This document shows positions 47,170 through 58,930 of a stretch of DNA of 64,000 bases, piece by piece. A program made the position numbers and the translations under genes. This DNA is from Balamuthia mandrillaris. Taxonomy: Eukaryota. The notes below the pieces were generated by a model. The model worked only from the letters and a program-made list of their open reading frames with translations, was not told where the DNA came from and did no database searches. The stretch is from assembly GCA_031835245.2 (NCBI GenBank), contig JAVKOQ020000047.1:186001-250000 (forward strand), in the 5' to 3' direction. The first letter of the stretch is position 1. Each line of letters starts with the position of its first letter.

Positions 47170-49970
47170 ATGAAGGTGCACTTTCAACCCAAAAATAATA
47201 AGGGCAAAGAAAAGGAGGACGAGGGAAGGGGAGCCGCTAAAGATGGGGAACAAGCGACGCAGCGTGCGCAAAAACAAAAGCTTCGTTCCGGCGAATGGCG
47301 GAAAGGGAGCGTTGGGGAGTCGCCGAACAAACTCATCTCATCTTCATCTTCATCTTCTTTGGTGGGACCAAAGAGGGCGAGCCAACCGCTCAGCTTAGGG
47401 CTGCGAAAGCCACAAAATGGTGCGTCGACGGAAGAGAGCGAGGCTTCTACCGGCGGTGCCGACGGGGGTGGAGGGACTGATCACGAAACGAGACAACGGC
47501 AACGCATGGACGCGGCGCTTGAGATCATGGCCAAAGAAATATCCTACATCTCTGCTCTCACTACTCTTGTTAACGTTCGTTTCTTCTTCTTTGTTCTTCT
47601 TCTTGTTCTTCTTCTTGTTCTTCTTCTGCTTCTTTTTTCTTCTTCCTGTTCTTCTTCTTGTTGTTGTTCTTCTTGTTCTTCTTCGTGTTCTTCTTCTGCT
47701 TCTTTTTTTTTCTTCTTCTTGTTCTTCTACTTCTTCTTGTTCTTCTCTGTAGCTGCTGCTTCTCCAAGTTTTTTAATCCAATTGTTCTCTGACGACACCT
47801 TTGGAATAGTGTTATTTAAAGCCGTTGCGACAAGCACGCGCATCGGAGCAAACTATCTCTGCTATCTTTGGAAACGTGGAGCTGATATTGGAGGCAAACA
47901 AAAAGTTTTTAGAGAAGCTGAAACAGTCTTCCAAAAGTTGGAACTTAGATGGCATTCGTTTAGGACCTGTTATTGATGAGTTTGTTCGTTTCTTCTGTCC
48001 ATTTTCGCCTCTTCTTAGCTCTCATTATATTGACACGTTTCTATGTTTCACAGCTGCCATGGCTTACTCTCTATGCTGATTATTGTAAATATTTTTTGCT
48101 CAAGTGAGAGAATGAGAGATGAGAGATGAGATGAGAGAAGAACGCGAACGTGTGTTAACACCTACTCTGATGATGCAGGTGCGAACTATCCTCACTCGCA
48201 GGCGTTTATTCGGAAAAAAGGATTACAATCGGAGAAGCTTGCACCTTTTTTCCAAAACGAACTTGCCGTAAAAGCCCTTCTTATAAAGTACCTTTTGCTT
48301 CCTCTCCGCTTCGCTTTATTGTTTGTTTGTTTGTTTGTTTGTTTGTTTGTTTGTTTGTTTGTTTGTTTGTTTGTTTGTTTGTTTGTTTGTTTGTTTGTTT
48401 GTTTGTTTGTTTGTTTGTTTTGTTTGTTTGTTTGTTTGTTTGTTTGTTTGTTTGTTTGTTTGTTTGTTTGTTTGTTTGTTTGTTTGTTTGTTTGTTTGTT
48501 TGTTTGTTTGTTTGGCATATCCGTTTCGAGCTATTCTTTATCCCCTTTGTTTTCTACTGTGTAATCTAACAAACCGTACATCTAGACCAGTGCAAAAGAT
48601 TCCCCAATACATGGTCATGTTTGAGGTAAGTTCACCTCCTGTTCCTCTTCTTTCGTTTTTCTTCTTCTCCTCTGCTCTGTGACAAGCTGCTCATTAGCGC
48701 TCCATTGTTGCTTCAGCGTTTATTGCGGTGGACAGATAAGGATCATGAAGATTACGCTATATTGCAGGATGCATTGTTACAGATCCGAAGAGTGGCCGAG
48801 GTCGTGGACGAGACAGTGGGCTTGCGCCAAGCCTTGGCCAAATTGCGAGATGTGATGAGCAAGCTCACCGGAAATGTTCCAGCGGTAAGCATTCGTTTTG
48901 TTTTATTTCATTGCAGGGAATGGAAGAGCTCATCGTTGGCTGAACAGGGCATCATGTGCGGAGATAACGTTTTTGTTAAAGATGGAATGATGACCAAGGT
49001 AAATTTCTTCTTTGTGTTTTCTCCACTTCTCTGTTAGCTGCCTCGCTGCTTCTCTTGTTTACATTAAATGTTCTTGTGTACCAGCAATGTCGCAAAGCAG
49101 CGAAACAGCGCTATGTGCTTCTGTTGAGCGGCATGTTGCTCTATGGCATAAAAGAACTGCATAAGTACAGAATTCGCCATTATATTTTGCTCAGTGATGA
49201 CGTGCAGATTGAAAAGTTTGTTCCTATCCCCGATATCCCTGCAAAAGGTAAGAGGTGACTCCTAGCCTCTCCAGGTCACAAGCAACTAAAAGCAAATTTC
49301 TACAGGGTTGTGCAATGCCTTCGAAGTTACAGGAAAAACCAAGTCCTTTATTCTCTGGTGTTCCACTGCGCAACAAAAAGGCATGTCACTTATTTCTCTA
49401 CTGTTTTCTTTTCTCCCCTAACATGCCTTTTATTACTTAGATGAATGGATTGAGGCCCTTGCGACCGCCCACAGCATACGTCAGCAGTATCAACATTGCC
49501 TTAGAAAACGGAAGGCTTCCATGCTCGCTCTCAAAGGTTTCAACACTTCACAAGAAGTTATTTTCCCCTCTTCTTCTCCTACGCCTGCTGTTTCTCCCTC
49601 TTCTTCCTCCGCTTCGCTTTCCACTTCCCCACAGGCCATCTGCCATCCTTCTTCTTCCTCCTCATCAGACATTACTGTTCTTGAACTTTCCACCTCTCCT
49701 GTTTGGGATCCTGACAACTTTCGGGATACCTGTCCCATCTGTGAATTGCGGTTTACTGTTCGCCGCCGCCGGCATCATTGCAGGTTTGTTTTTTCAAATT
49801 GTAGTTAATACGTGTATTTAGACCCACTGACCTTTGGCCGCTTTCACAGAGCGTGTGGCGGGCTGGTGTGCGATAGATGCTCTCCACAGCGATGCTATGT
49901 TACAGCTCTGGGCAAGTCTGCACGAGTCTGTGTCAACTGTTGCCCACCAACCTCTTCTTCGCCCACATGA
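47170..49970 (+). CDS. RhoGEF with DH-PH-FYVE architecture
   Basis: EIMAKEISYISAL, IFGNVELI, PVQKIPQY, TDKDHEDY; PH domain (KDGMMTK/QCRK..RYVLLL); FYVE WDPD..CPIC..FTVRRRRHHCR/ACG..VC..C..RVCVNC. Confidence 0.92.
48319..48513 (+). repeat. (GTTT)n intronic microsatellite
   Basis: Near-perfect tetranucleotide run with one slip; similar (TCT)n and (CT)n runs occur in many other introns. Confidence 0.97.
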
Positions 49971-50201
49971 AGTCGCCCTCCAAAACGCGAACGCGACTTT
50001 CTAATAGCCACCACGACACCGAAAAGGAGAGCCCTTTCCTGCAAACAGCGAGAAGAACGAAGAAGAGAACCAAACAAATAGACTTCGCAACCTTTCTGTA
50101 TACCCATTATTTAATATGTAAAATACAACAAGAATAATCGAATCTCACGTCCTGTTTTGCACTGCTCGTGCATTGTTTTTGTATGGTTTGGTTTACTAGT
50201 T

Positions 50202-51740
50202 TTACTTGTCGACGCCTCCCTTGGCCTTGGGCAAATACTTCCTTCGTTCCTGCAACTCCCTGTCCAACCACCAGATGGCACCCTGGGGCAGGGTGTTCTT
50301 GGCTTCCTCCAAGTAGGCTTCTGCCTCTTCAAGCTTCTTCCTGGCCTCCTCCAAGGCAGCCTCAGCAGCTTCCTTGGCCCTCTCAGAGTTCTCTCTGGCT
50401 CGCTCGGCGTCAGCCCTGGCCTGCTCGGCCTCTGCTCTGGCTTGCTCTGCCTCTCTGGCAGCCTGCTCAGCAGCAGCTCTGGCCTGCTCTGCTTCTCTGG
50501 CAGCCTGTTCGGCAACAGCTCTGGCTTCCTCGGCCTCGCGAGCAGCAGCTTGGGCGGCGGCGCGAGCCTTTTCAGCCTCACGAGCAGCAGCTTGAGCAGC
50601 GGCACGAGCTTGCTCCGCCTCTCTTGCCGACTTCTCGGCAGCAGCTCTGGATGCCTCAGCTTCTCTAGCAGACGCTTCGGCAGCGGCTCTGGCCTCAGCA
50701 GCAGCCTGAGCAGCCCTTTCAGCCTTCTTCACAGCAGCCTCCAGGGTGATCTTGGCACGACGCAAGGGGAGAGGGTCCTCCTGCAAGTGTTGGGCCAGCT
50801 CGTTCTTGGCCTTGTTGCGAGAGACCAAACCACCTTCCTCGCTGGCTCTCTTCAGCTCTGCCGTCTTGTTGTTGTAGGCATCCTCCTGGGCCTTCACCTC
50901 TGCCAACGCTGCTTCCTGCTCCTCCTTGGCCGCCCTCAGCTCCTCCTCCTTGGCCACTGCCTCGGCCTCCTGCTCCTTGGCCTTGGCCTCGTTGGCACGA
51001 GCGTCGGCTTCTCTGGCCTTGGCATCGGCCTCTCTCTGAATGGCTTCCGCCTCTCTGGCCTTGGCCTCCTGCTCCCTGGCAATGGCCTCCGCCTCTCTCT
51101 CCTTGGCTTCCGCCTCCCTCGCCTTGGCATCCGCCTCGCGAGCGAGAGCGTCAGCCTCCCTTTGCTTAGCATCGGCCTCGGCGGCCAAAGCTTCAGCTTC
51201 AGCGGCCTTGGCGTCAGCTTCTCTGGCTTTGGCGTCGGCCTCTCTCGCTTGAGCTTCCTTCAAGGCAGCAGCGGCCTCCTCTGCGCGGGCCTCGGACTCC
51301 TGGAAAGCGGCCTGCACCTCATCCAACAACCTTTGGGCCTTATCAATCTCCTCCTTGCTGCCTTGGGGAGCGTTGACCAGCTCATGCCAGTCCACATTGA
51401 AGCGGATGATGAGGATGTGGATCAAGGGGACCAGCTTGACCTTGGCACCGATGGCTCCCGTCGAGCGCAATTTCTCTCTCATGGTTTGAACGGTCATGGT
51501 CTCTTGGAACTTCTCCAAGAAGCGGTGGGCCTGCAGCTCGTCCAGCGCATTTCCTTCGGACTTTTTGCCGTGGTCCAACTCGTCGCACTGGTGCTTGTAC
51601 TGCCACAGGCGCTCCGCGTTATCCTTTCCGTGTTCCTCCCAGAAGGAGTTCAGGAACCAAATGACCTGTTCCTTGTAGGTCTTGCTGGAGAGGTCCTCCA
51701 GCTTTTCCAAGTCGTTCGAACCTTGCAAAACCAGTGTCAT
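50202..51740 (-). CDS. ABP34-like coiled-coil protein, copy 4 (longest)
   Basis: 512 aa intronless ORF with QVIWFLNSFW and QGAIWWLDREL. Confidence 0.8.
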   Translation of the reverse strand: MTLVLQGSNDLEKLEDLSSKTYKEQVIWFLNSFWEEHGKDNAERLWQYKHQCDELDHGKKSEGNALDELQAHRFLEKFQETMTVQTMREKLRSTGAIGAKVKLVPLIHILIIRFNVDWHELVNAPQGSKEEIDKAQRLLDEVQAAFQESEARAEEAAAALKEAQAREADAKAREADAKAAEAEALAAEADAKQREADALAREADAKAREAEAKEREAEAIAREQEAKAREAEAIQREADAKAREADARANEAKAKEQEAEAVAKEEELRAAKEEQEAALAEVKAQEDAYNNKTAELKRASEEGGLVSRNKAKNELAQHLQEDPLPLRRAKITLEAAVKKAERAAQAAAEARAAAEASAREAEASRAAAEKSAREAEQARAAAQAAAREAEKARAAAQAAAREAEEARAVAEQAAREAEQARAAAEQAAREAEQARAEAEQARADAERARENSERAKEAAEAALEEARKKLEEAEAYLEEAKNTLPQGAIWWLDRELQERRKYLPKAKGGVDK

Positions 51741-52197
51741 TCTACAGGAGTTTGAGCGGAAGTAGCTAGCACGAGTGTCGGTGTGTGAAGTTGTTTTAAA
51801 ATTTGAACAATAATAAAAATAATAAGATTTGATTTTAAAAATTGGCGAATAAGTTGGCAGGAAGGACGCCGCCTCTAACGTAGTGGAGAAGAAAGCGAGA
51901 AAATGGACGGTTATTATTCTTTCGGGAGGTGAGCTCGGTTACCGTTACCTTTGAAGCTTGCTACACCGAGCGCAACGCTCTTGTTGTCCATCCAGCTAAG
52001 CAGGACCGACCGCCAAGATAGGTTGGACAGGGCCGGTGTCCGGCCATTTGATCTCATATATCCTAGCTTATATTGCCAGAGACCCCTCAAGCCCGAACTT
52101 TTGGCTTTTTGGCCGTCACTCTCTCCCCTTCTATTTTAGCGCAAATCATACAAGACTCAAGAAACGCACAGAAGAGAAGCGGGCTACGAAGTTAGAG

Positions 52198-53535
52198 ATG
52201 GCACAAGTGTTAACGGGAGCGAACGATTTGGAGAAGTTGGAGCAGCTGGCCACCAAGACCTACAAGGAACAGGCCGTGTGGTTCCTCAATGCCTTCTGGG
52301 AGGACTTTGCCAAGGAGGAGGCGGAGAGGTTGTGGAAGTTCAAGCACCAGTGCGACGAGCTGGACCACGCCAAGAAGGCCCAGGGCTGCGCTCTGGACGA
52401 GCTGCAGGCTCACCGCTTCTTGGAGAAGTTCCAAGAGACCATGACCGTCCAGTCCATGAGAGACAAGCTGCGGTCCACAGGAGCCATCGGTGCCAAGGTC
52501 AAGCTGGTCCCCTTGATCCACATCCTCATCATCCGCTTCACCGTGGACTGGCACACCCTGGTCAATGCCCCCCAAGGCAGCAAGGAGGAGATCGCCAAGG
52601 CTCAACAGCTGTTGGACGAAGTGCAGGCCGCCTTCCAGGAGGCCGAGGCCCGCGCAGAGGAGGCTGCTGCTGCCTTGAAGGAAGCTCAGGCCCGGGAGGC
52701 TGATGCCAAAGCCAGAGAAGCTGATGCCAAGGCCAGGGAAGCCGAGGCCAAGGCCGCTGAGGCCGACGCCAAAGCACGAGAAGCCGAAGCTCACTCTCGT
52801 GCTGAAGAAGCTGCGGCTAGAGCGGAGGAGGCTAAGGGGAGGGAAGCCGAAGCCAAGGAACGAGAAGCTGAGGCGGCAGCCAGGGAGGAGGAGCTGAGAG
52901 CGGCCAAGGAGGAGCAGGAAGCAGCGTTGGCGGAGGTGAAGGCCCAAGAGGATGCCTACAACAACAAGACGGCAGAGCTGAAGAGAGCCAGCGAGGAAGG
53001 CGGTTTGGTCTCTCGCAACAAGGCCAAGAACGAGCTGGCCCAGCACTTGCAGGAGGACCCTCTCCCCTTGCGTCGTGCCAAGATCACCCTGGAGGCGGCT
53101 GTGAAGAAGGCCGAAAGGGCTGCTCAGGCTGCTGCTGAGGCCAGAGCCGCTGCCGAAGAGTCTGCTAGACAAGCCGCTCAAGCCAGAGCGAACGCCGAAG
53201 AGTCAGCCAGGCAGGCTGCCGCTGCTGCAGAGGAGGCTAGTAGGGCCCGCGCCGCCGCGGAACAAGCCGCCCGACAGGCAGAGCAAGCCAGAGCCCAGGC
53301 AGAGCAGGCCAGAGCGCAAGCAGAGCAGGCCAGGCAAAACTCAGAGAGGGCCAAGGAAGCGGCTGAGGAAGCGTTAGAGGAGGCCAAGAGGAAAGTGGAG
53401 GAAGCGGAGGCGTACTTGGAAGAAGCAAAGGCTCGTCTGCCACAGGGAGCCATCTGGTGGATGGAAAGGGAGTTGCATGAGGCGAGGGCGTATTTGCCCA
53501 AGAGCAAGGGTGGTTACAACAAAAACGAGAAGTAA
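52198..53535 (+). CDS. ABP34-like coiled-coil protein, copy 5 (head-to-head with copy 4)
   Basis: Starts MAQVLTGANDLEKLE; same core and C-terminus as copies 2 and 3. Confidence 0.8.
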   Translation: MAQVLTGANDLEKLEQLATKTYKEQAVWFLNAFWEDFAKEEAERLWKFKHQCDELDHAKKAQGCALDELQAHRFLEKFQETMTVQSMRDKLRSTGAIGAKVKLVPLIHILIIRFTVDWHTLVNAPQGSKEEIAKAQQLLDEVQAAFQEAEARAEEAAAALKEAQAREADAKAREADAKAREAEAKAAEADAKAREAEAHSRAEEAAARAEEAKGREAEAKEREAEAAAREEELRAAKEEQEAALAEVKAQEDAYNNKTAELKRASEEGGLVSRNKAKNELAQHLQEDPLPLRRAKITLEAAVKKAERAAQAAAEARAAAEESARQAAQARANAEESARQAAAAAEEASRARAAAEQAARQAEQARAQAEQARAQAEQARQNSERAKEAAEEALEEAKRKVEEAEAYLEEAKARLPQGAIWWMERELHEARAYLPKSKGGYNKNEK

Positions 53536-53737
53536 ACCGACCATTGCCCTTGCTATAATGTATCAGTACTACTGCTGTAGGTATCGAGAGAAAACAAACA
53601 CTTTTTAACCTGTTGTGTTCTTTATTCTTTTATTTTATTGGTAGCCGGAGACTGTTCGTAGTATTAATATGCAAGGCTAACGAGCATTATAGCATGAAAG
53701 GAAAAAAATGTGGCGAAAACAAGAAACGCAAGTCGCT

Positions 53738-54763
53738 TTAGTCTTCCTCATCAAGTTGGTCTTCCTCATCCTCGTCCTCTTCAACTTTGCCTTGGTACGT
53801 CTCCTCCTCAATGTTGACCCATATCTTGTCACCAGTGGCGATGTGAGGAGGCACACTCACCGTTCTTCCATTTTCCAGTTTCACTTTTCTAGGGCTAATC
53901 GTTCACAGTTCATTCCACACATCAGCAACTTCAAAACAAAAACAAACACACAAAAACACAAAGAAGTGCTTGCCTTGGACTGGCTTGAGTATCACGCATG
54001 TTCACCCCTCCATCGGCCACCGTCACTGCAGCTCGTGCTTTTTTTTTTCACAATTGGTTAGACGAATGACAAGAGAAAGAAGGAGGAACACTTACTAGGG
54101 AGAATAATGATAAGAGGCTTTTCTTCGTAAGTCTTGAGACGGACCCTCATTCCCTCTGCATATATCGTGTATCAGCAATGTAAGACATGATAAGTCGTTA
54201 CTAGTGTGGAAGAAAGAAAAACCAAGCAAAAAAGCGTAGGTCTAACCCTTCAAGTAGGTTGTGCGATGGCCCAACTTAGAGGCAGGACAGCTCACAGTGA
54301 TGCCTTCTTCCATATTCTCAAATAGGAGTTTGTCTTTCTCTTGCCCTTTGTAAGTGAAGGTTCCTTTTTCCAATATAACATCTTTCAAAGGGTCACCGAC
54401 ATTGGTGAGGAGAATAAGAGAGAAAGAGAAAGAACAGAAATAAGGACCTTCGACATTTTCAGCAGAGCGAAAACGTTCAATCTTACGAACACCCGTTTCC
54501 AAGTCCTTAATGGTTGCACTGACGTGGGCAGCGCCGCGGGCGGTATTCCTGGACTGTCCGATCTCTACAATCTCCCAAATGCTGCCCCGGAAGCGAAAGG
54601 CTTGCCCTCTTCTAAGATCCGCAGCCTTGACGTACGACCGACTCCAGCAACCCGTTTGCCAAGCTTTGTTCACCGACGTCCGCTGAAGACACACCAGAGA
54701 AGCCCTCCACGGCAGGAGGCTTCCTTGTCTTGCTAACATGGCAGGCGCTACGCCGACGTTCAT
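53738..54763 (-). CDS. efp: Elongation factor P, probably mitochondrial
   Basis: Presequence-like N-terminus then VKAADLRRGQAF...TARGAAHVSATIKDLETG..ERFRSAENVE; last exons LENGRT/VSVPPHIATGDKIWVN. Confidence 0.85.
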
Positions 54764-54941
54764 CTTGTTGTTGTTGTGTGTTGTTGTGCCTTAAAAAAAT
54801 ATTGTTGCTCAACAAAATGTGCAGCATTCCTGCACGTTATTTTTTTAAGGCACAAAAAGAATGTCTCCCCCCGAGCAAGCGAGCTAAAGAGCTGCAAAGC
54901 TAGTGAAGGAGAAACAGAAACGTGCAACATCGAGTACTGCA

Positions 54942-55783
54942 TCAGTGAGACTGCAGCTTGGCCTTCCACACGGGTCCGTCGGGGAAAGAGTACTCCTCGA
55001 TGGATGCTGCGTGCATTTGAGTGCTGTAGCCGGGGTCCTGTGGTGGCATGTAACACCCGTTTCTAGGTCATGCTTCGTTTGTCAGTTCCTGAGTGGGAAG
55101 AAAAAAAAAAAACGCACAAAAGAGGCAAGAAACACGTACTTAACGACACAGGGATGCACAAAGTGTTCGTGAAGATGATCTACAAACTCAGCCCAACGCT
55201 CTTCTGTGGATCCACAGCAGTAGACATAGTCAAAGAAAATGATATGTTGAACATACTCGCACAGGCCTACTCCACCAGCATGTGGCATCACCTATTGAAA
55301 GAGCCAAACATGACAGAGGAAACTTAGCATATAAGAATAACCTTCAGGGAAGAAAAAACAGGGAGAATGTCATCAAAAGAGAGCAGAAGATGAAAACCAA
55401 TACCGTCACACCAAACTTGGCGGCCATAAGAAGAACTGCGATGATCTCATTTAAGCTTCCTAAGCGACAGGAATCCAGCTGACAAATGCCCAAAGCCTCT
55501 GCCTGGAAGAACTGCTTGAACATGATCCTGTTCTGGCAGTGTTCGCCAGTAGCTACCTCGATGCCAAGCGGAGCCAACGCTTTGCGGATCTTGGCGTGGC
55601 CAAGTACGTCATCAGGAGAAGTGGGCTCTTCGATGAACCACGGCTTGAAGGATGCCAATTCTTTCATCCAGTTTATCGCTTCATCAACGTCCCACTTTTG
55701 GTTCGCATCTACCATCATCCTCCTGTGGGCAGAAAACACGCGAAGTTGGGTCAATATGTCATTTTCCTTAGGTGCAGTAGGGA

Positions 55784-55822
<39 letters not shown>

Positions 55823-56830
55823 GAAGTAAAGTAGACCTGTCGCCTATTTCTTCACGAATGACTGCCAGCCTGCGTTTATCATCTTCCAGATCAGAGCCTA
55901 CTTTCACCTTGAAAACACTCCAGCCATCGCTGATGCTCTTCCTGCACAGTTCGCGGATAGTCTCATCCGAATAGCCTAGCCATCCTGCCGACGTCGTGTA
56001 AGCGGGGTATCCCTCCGACAACATTTTCTATTTGAACGCGACACAAACAAGAAGGAAGAGAACAGAGCCATATAAGAAATAAAAGAGAAGACGACAACGA
56101 AGCAACGGACGAGCCAAAGGGAGTAAGGAAGAGGAAAGGAGGAAAAGTTGAAGAGCTGATCACATTGAGGGCAAGACGAACCTGCATACGTTCTGCTTTG
56201 AGAGGTTCGTTGGCTTTAAGTATTTGGAGGGCCTCTTCAGGGGTAAGAGCGTCGGTGATCCACTTGAACGGGATAAGAGATACCACCTCTTCAGGAGAGA
56301 GGTCAACCAAGAGCCGCCACACTGGCTTGCCTTCCTTCTTTGCCCAAAGATCCCAGATAGCATTGACGATGGTGGCTTGGGCCATATGTATGACGCCTTT
56401 CTCTGGGCCTAACCACCTGTACAACAACGCTTTAGAAAGACAAAGCAAAGCTGAAGGTGTGCTTACCTCAGTTGGCTTTCGTTGCTGAGACTGCTCCAAT
56501 ACTGACCAAAGTTAGCGGTGATGTCTTCCAGCTGCTTGCCCACCACCAAGTGTTGCATGGCTTCCACGCAAGCCAGTATCACTTCGTTTCCTCTGCCAAG
56601 GGTGAAAGAAAGACCATGACCTTCAAGCCCTTCTTGGTCAGTCTCGAGCACAACGTAGGGCGCGCTGCAGTGGCGAGTTTGATGAGGAAAAAAAAACATT
56701 ATAAAGCGCAGCGGAGGAGGCGAGAGGCGTGCCTGTAGTCAGGGTCCTTGTGCATAGCATCGGAGCCATGCATACCTTCCGAGGTAGGAAAGCGAAGGTC
56801 ATAGGACCTCAGTTTAGTGATACGAACCAT
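54942..56830 (-). CDS. ENOSF1: L-fuconate dehydratase / enolase superfamily member 1
   Basis: DLRFPTS..GSDAMHKDPDY, FTLGRGNE, WLGPEKGVIHMA, GYPAYTTSAGWLGYSD, MVDANQKWDV, IEEPTSPDDVLGH, ATGEHCQNR and CHMLVE/PHAGGVGLCE region. Confidence 0.96.
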
Positions 56831-57067
56831 GGTTGGGTGGGTTAGGAGTGGCTGAGGGCTGTTTCTTTCTTTTTCTTGTTTGCACCTCAAGCCTTTCGAG
56901 CTTAAGGTGTTTCTCTTTACGACGAACAATATTTCTAAATAAAGAAGGGCCATGTGGAACATCTCAGTGCAACAGGCTGCGGCAACATGAGACCAGTGGT
57001 GAGTTTTGGTGCGGCACAAGTCTTATTAATGCAACAGAATAAACGAGAAAACCAAAGCAAACATTCC

Positions 57068-58477
57068 TCATCCTTTTGCTGAAGACTTTTTCTTGTTTGG
57101 TTTGCTGCCTGACTTAGCAAGCCCAAAGACCACTTTGCCTACCTCACTTAGTTCGTTTTGAAAGCCGCATGCTTGGAGCAGCATGGCGATCGTCTCTCTT
57201 CGGGCTTTGGTGCATGGAGCATCCACCAATGCAGGTTGCTTTGGGAACATTTTGAAGAACTGAGCCGCCCGCATGTTGCCGCTATTGTTGGAACGTGAGC
57301 CATGTGGCATGCGTATATCCCACAAAACAACTGATCCAGCCCTCATCGGCACTCGCTTTGCAAATCGCTGGAATGGATGCGACTCTGGGAACAACACACT
57401 GTTTTGGTCTATTTCGCAAGAAAGAAAGAAAGAAAAGGTCAATACATTTCCACGCCTTGTAAAGAATTAGAAATGACAGCTAACCCCAAGCCTTCTGCTC
57501 CGTCTGACTGTGCTCGTTCTCCTTTGCCCAGGCTTCAAAGCAGTGCAGAAAACCTGGGACGCAGTGGAAACCTCCATCCTCTTCTCGGTTATCCAAAAGG
57601 TTGATGACTCCTTGAATGTGGACACCATTGGCGGAGGTGGAGTGATGAACCTGATTGTTCTCAAAGATGAAGTCATTGAGTCGATGGCGACCATACTCCA
57701 GAGCAGAGAGCTTGGGCAAGGCATGGTTGGTCTCACTAAGGAAGGCCCATGGATTCACGTCCAGATGCAAGCTTGGTGCAGTCTTCCATTGTGGCATGTC
57801 TTTCTGTTGCATCAAGTCAAGGTTAGAGCAGTTCGCCAGAAAGAAACAGAAGAAACTACACAAACCAAAGAAGAACCAAAAGGGACGCCAACAGTAGGTC
57901 TACAGAGGCCATAACGATCAATGCTTATCATCAGCTCAGTATCTTTTGTAAAGAGTGTAGAGCAAGCTTGAAGGAGCTTAGCATTTTGTCTGTTGCGAAA
58001 GGCTACTCGGGTCGTGACTGGAGCTTTGGAGGGCATGCCGTACTTTTCTATGCCAGAAGAAGGCCAGTTGCCCCATGTGCTTGGATCACTTCGTTGCCAG
58101 CGCTGTTGTAGTAGCGATCCCAGTTAGCTCAAAACACGGTTATAGAGCATACAAAACTAGGTCAAAGAACAGAGTACCTGCTTGCTTCCTTGCTCCAGCA
58201 AAGAAAAAATGTCTTCAACTGTGTCTTGACATTCTTGTGAGGAGAAAACATCTCGAATTACTACCAAGCCATATCGTTGGTAAAACTGTTGTATGGCTTC
58301 CGTCTCCTCCAAAGCAAATGATCTGATGTAGGTCGGATCGTCCTCTTCTCGTGGTAAGAGTACCGTTTGCAAAAAGAGGATATAATCTTCGTTGGCTCTT
58401 TGTTTTAGTGACTCGAGGCTTTCTTCTTCTTCTTCCTCCTCACTTTCTTCCTCACGCCTCACCTCTGGGTTTTGCAT
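57068..58477 (-). CDS. PhyH-like Fe(II)/2-oxoglutarate dioxygenase
   Basis: FYQRYGLVVIRDV, SIDRYG..RPT, LHLDVNPW, IQGVINLLDN..DGGFHCVPGF and AGSVVLWDIRMPHGS. Confidence 0.88.
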
Positions 58478-58599
58478 CCTTTTCACTTCTGCCTACTTTC
58501 TTTTTTCTTTCTTTGTATCTTCTTCATTGCCGACTTCCTTTGTCTCCTTCAGTGAAAAAACAATAGTTGGTGCCGAAACGCTGGCGGTAAGAGACCTCC

Positions 58600-58930
58600 C
58601 TTGTGGCACAAAGACTTTAGTGGGGGTTGCACCACACACTGGTAACCAGCTTTGGCTGCTCATTCACATGTCTTCTTGTTCCATGGCAGGCGAAGCGACA
58701 TGCCACTATCAACCCCACCAGGTCGTCCTTCCACATGGTAATGGTCTCACACACTTCAACATTTACAATGGCCAGCATGGCTGCAACATCCCCATGGGAG
58801 TGCAGGCATGGGACGTGTTGCCTTGCTGCCTTTATTATGTGCCACTATCAGTTGTACACAAAACAGGTAATCATGCTCCAAAGTTCACCTCACTTCTCCT
58901 GACCAGGAGCTCTGGTGGCAGATCATGATG
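58600..58930 (-). pseudogene. Decayed ankyrin-repeat gene fragment
   Basis: Minus strand reads LPWGCCSHAGH and LPWNKKTCE*AAKAGYQCVVQ, resembling PW..TC..AA..GH ankyrin repeats, with stops and frameshifts. CpG-poor and TG/CA-rich. Confidence 0.5.

Noticed and set aside
48192..48682. CLFV and TNKQ repeat ORFs
   Set aside because: Translations of the (GTTT)n intron repeat.
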